Shown here: in pieces, positions 63,852 through 64,000 of the stretch
Position numbering within the stretch: the first letter of the stretch is position 1
Layout of the letters: each line of letters starts with the position of its first letter
Translations under genes and position numbers: made by a program
Notes under the pieces: model-generated
Told to the model about the DNA's origin: nothing
What the model saw: the letters and a program-made list of their open reading frames with translations, nothing else
Databases searched by the model: none
Origin: Eledone cirrhosa
Lineage: Eukaryota
Direction of reading: 5' to 3'
Assembly (NCBI GenBank): GCA_964016885.1
Contig: OZ024758.1
Coordinates: 16,244,001 to 16,308,000 of the forward strand
DNA length: 64,000 nt

Positions 63852-64000
63852 ATGAAGAATTGAGGGCCCAATATTGTGATCAGATTGTGCTATGACAAAA
63901 GAGTTTTAGCTCTACAACACCGTAGCCGTGTAATCTTAGTAAACGAGTTCACCTTTAAAAAAAAAACAAAAAACAAACAGCAACCTTAGGTTGACTTTTC

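Overview
AT-rich eukaryotic (animal) non-coding DNA. The SINE families and the extreme (TA)n/(TATG)n/(CA)n content resemble octopus/coleoid cephalopod genomes, which is an inference from recalled repeat sequences. I find no intact host protein-coding gene; most ORF-track entries are microsatellite artefacts. The window contains very long TA-derived microsatellite seas, about 25 tRNA-derived SINE copies of two families, and a 5.5-kb rearranged L1/Tx1-type LINE inserted in (AAT)n. It also holds relics of CRE-like, RTE-like, R4/Dong-like and Penelope-like retroelements, a non-autonomous Helitron, hAT- and piggyBac-type MITEs and several minisatellites. The most notable signal is that many short unique 'islands' inside the (TA)n seas each carry a type I hammerhead-ribozyme fold. 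There are at least five unrelated sequence families, several with a palindromic minimal stem III, often beside fold-back inverted duplications. This suggests a community of non-coding, TA-targeting, Penelope-type/retrozyme-like mobile RNAs. All folds were derived by eye and none is tested.
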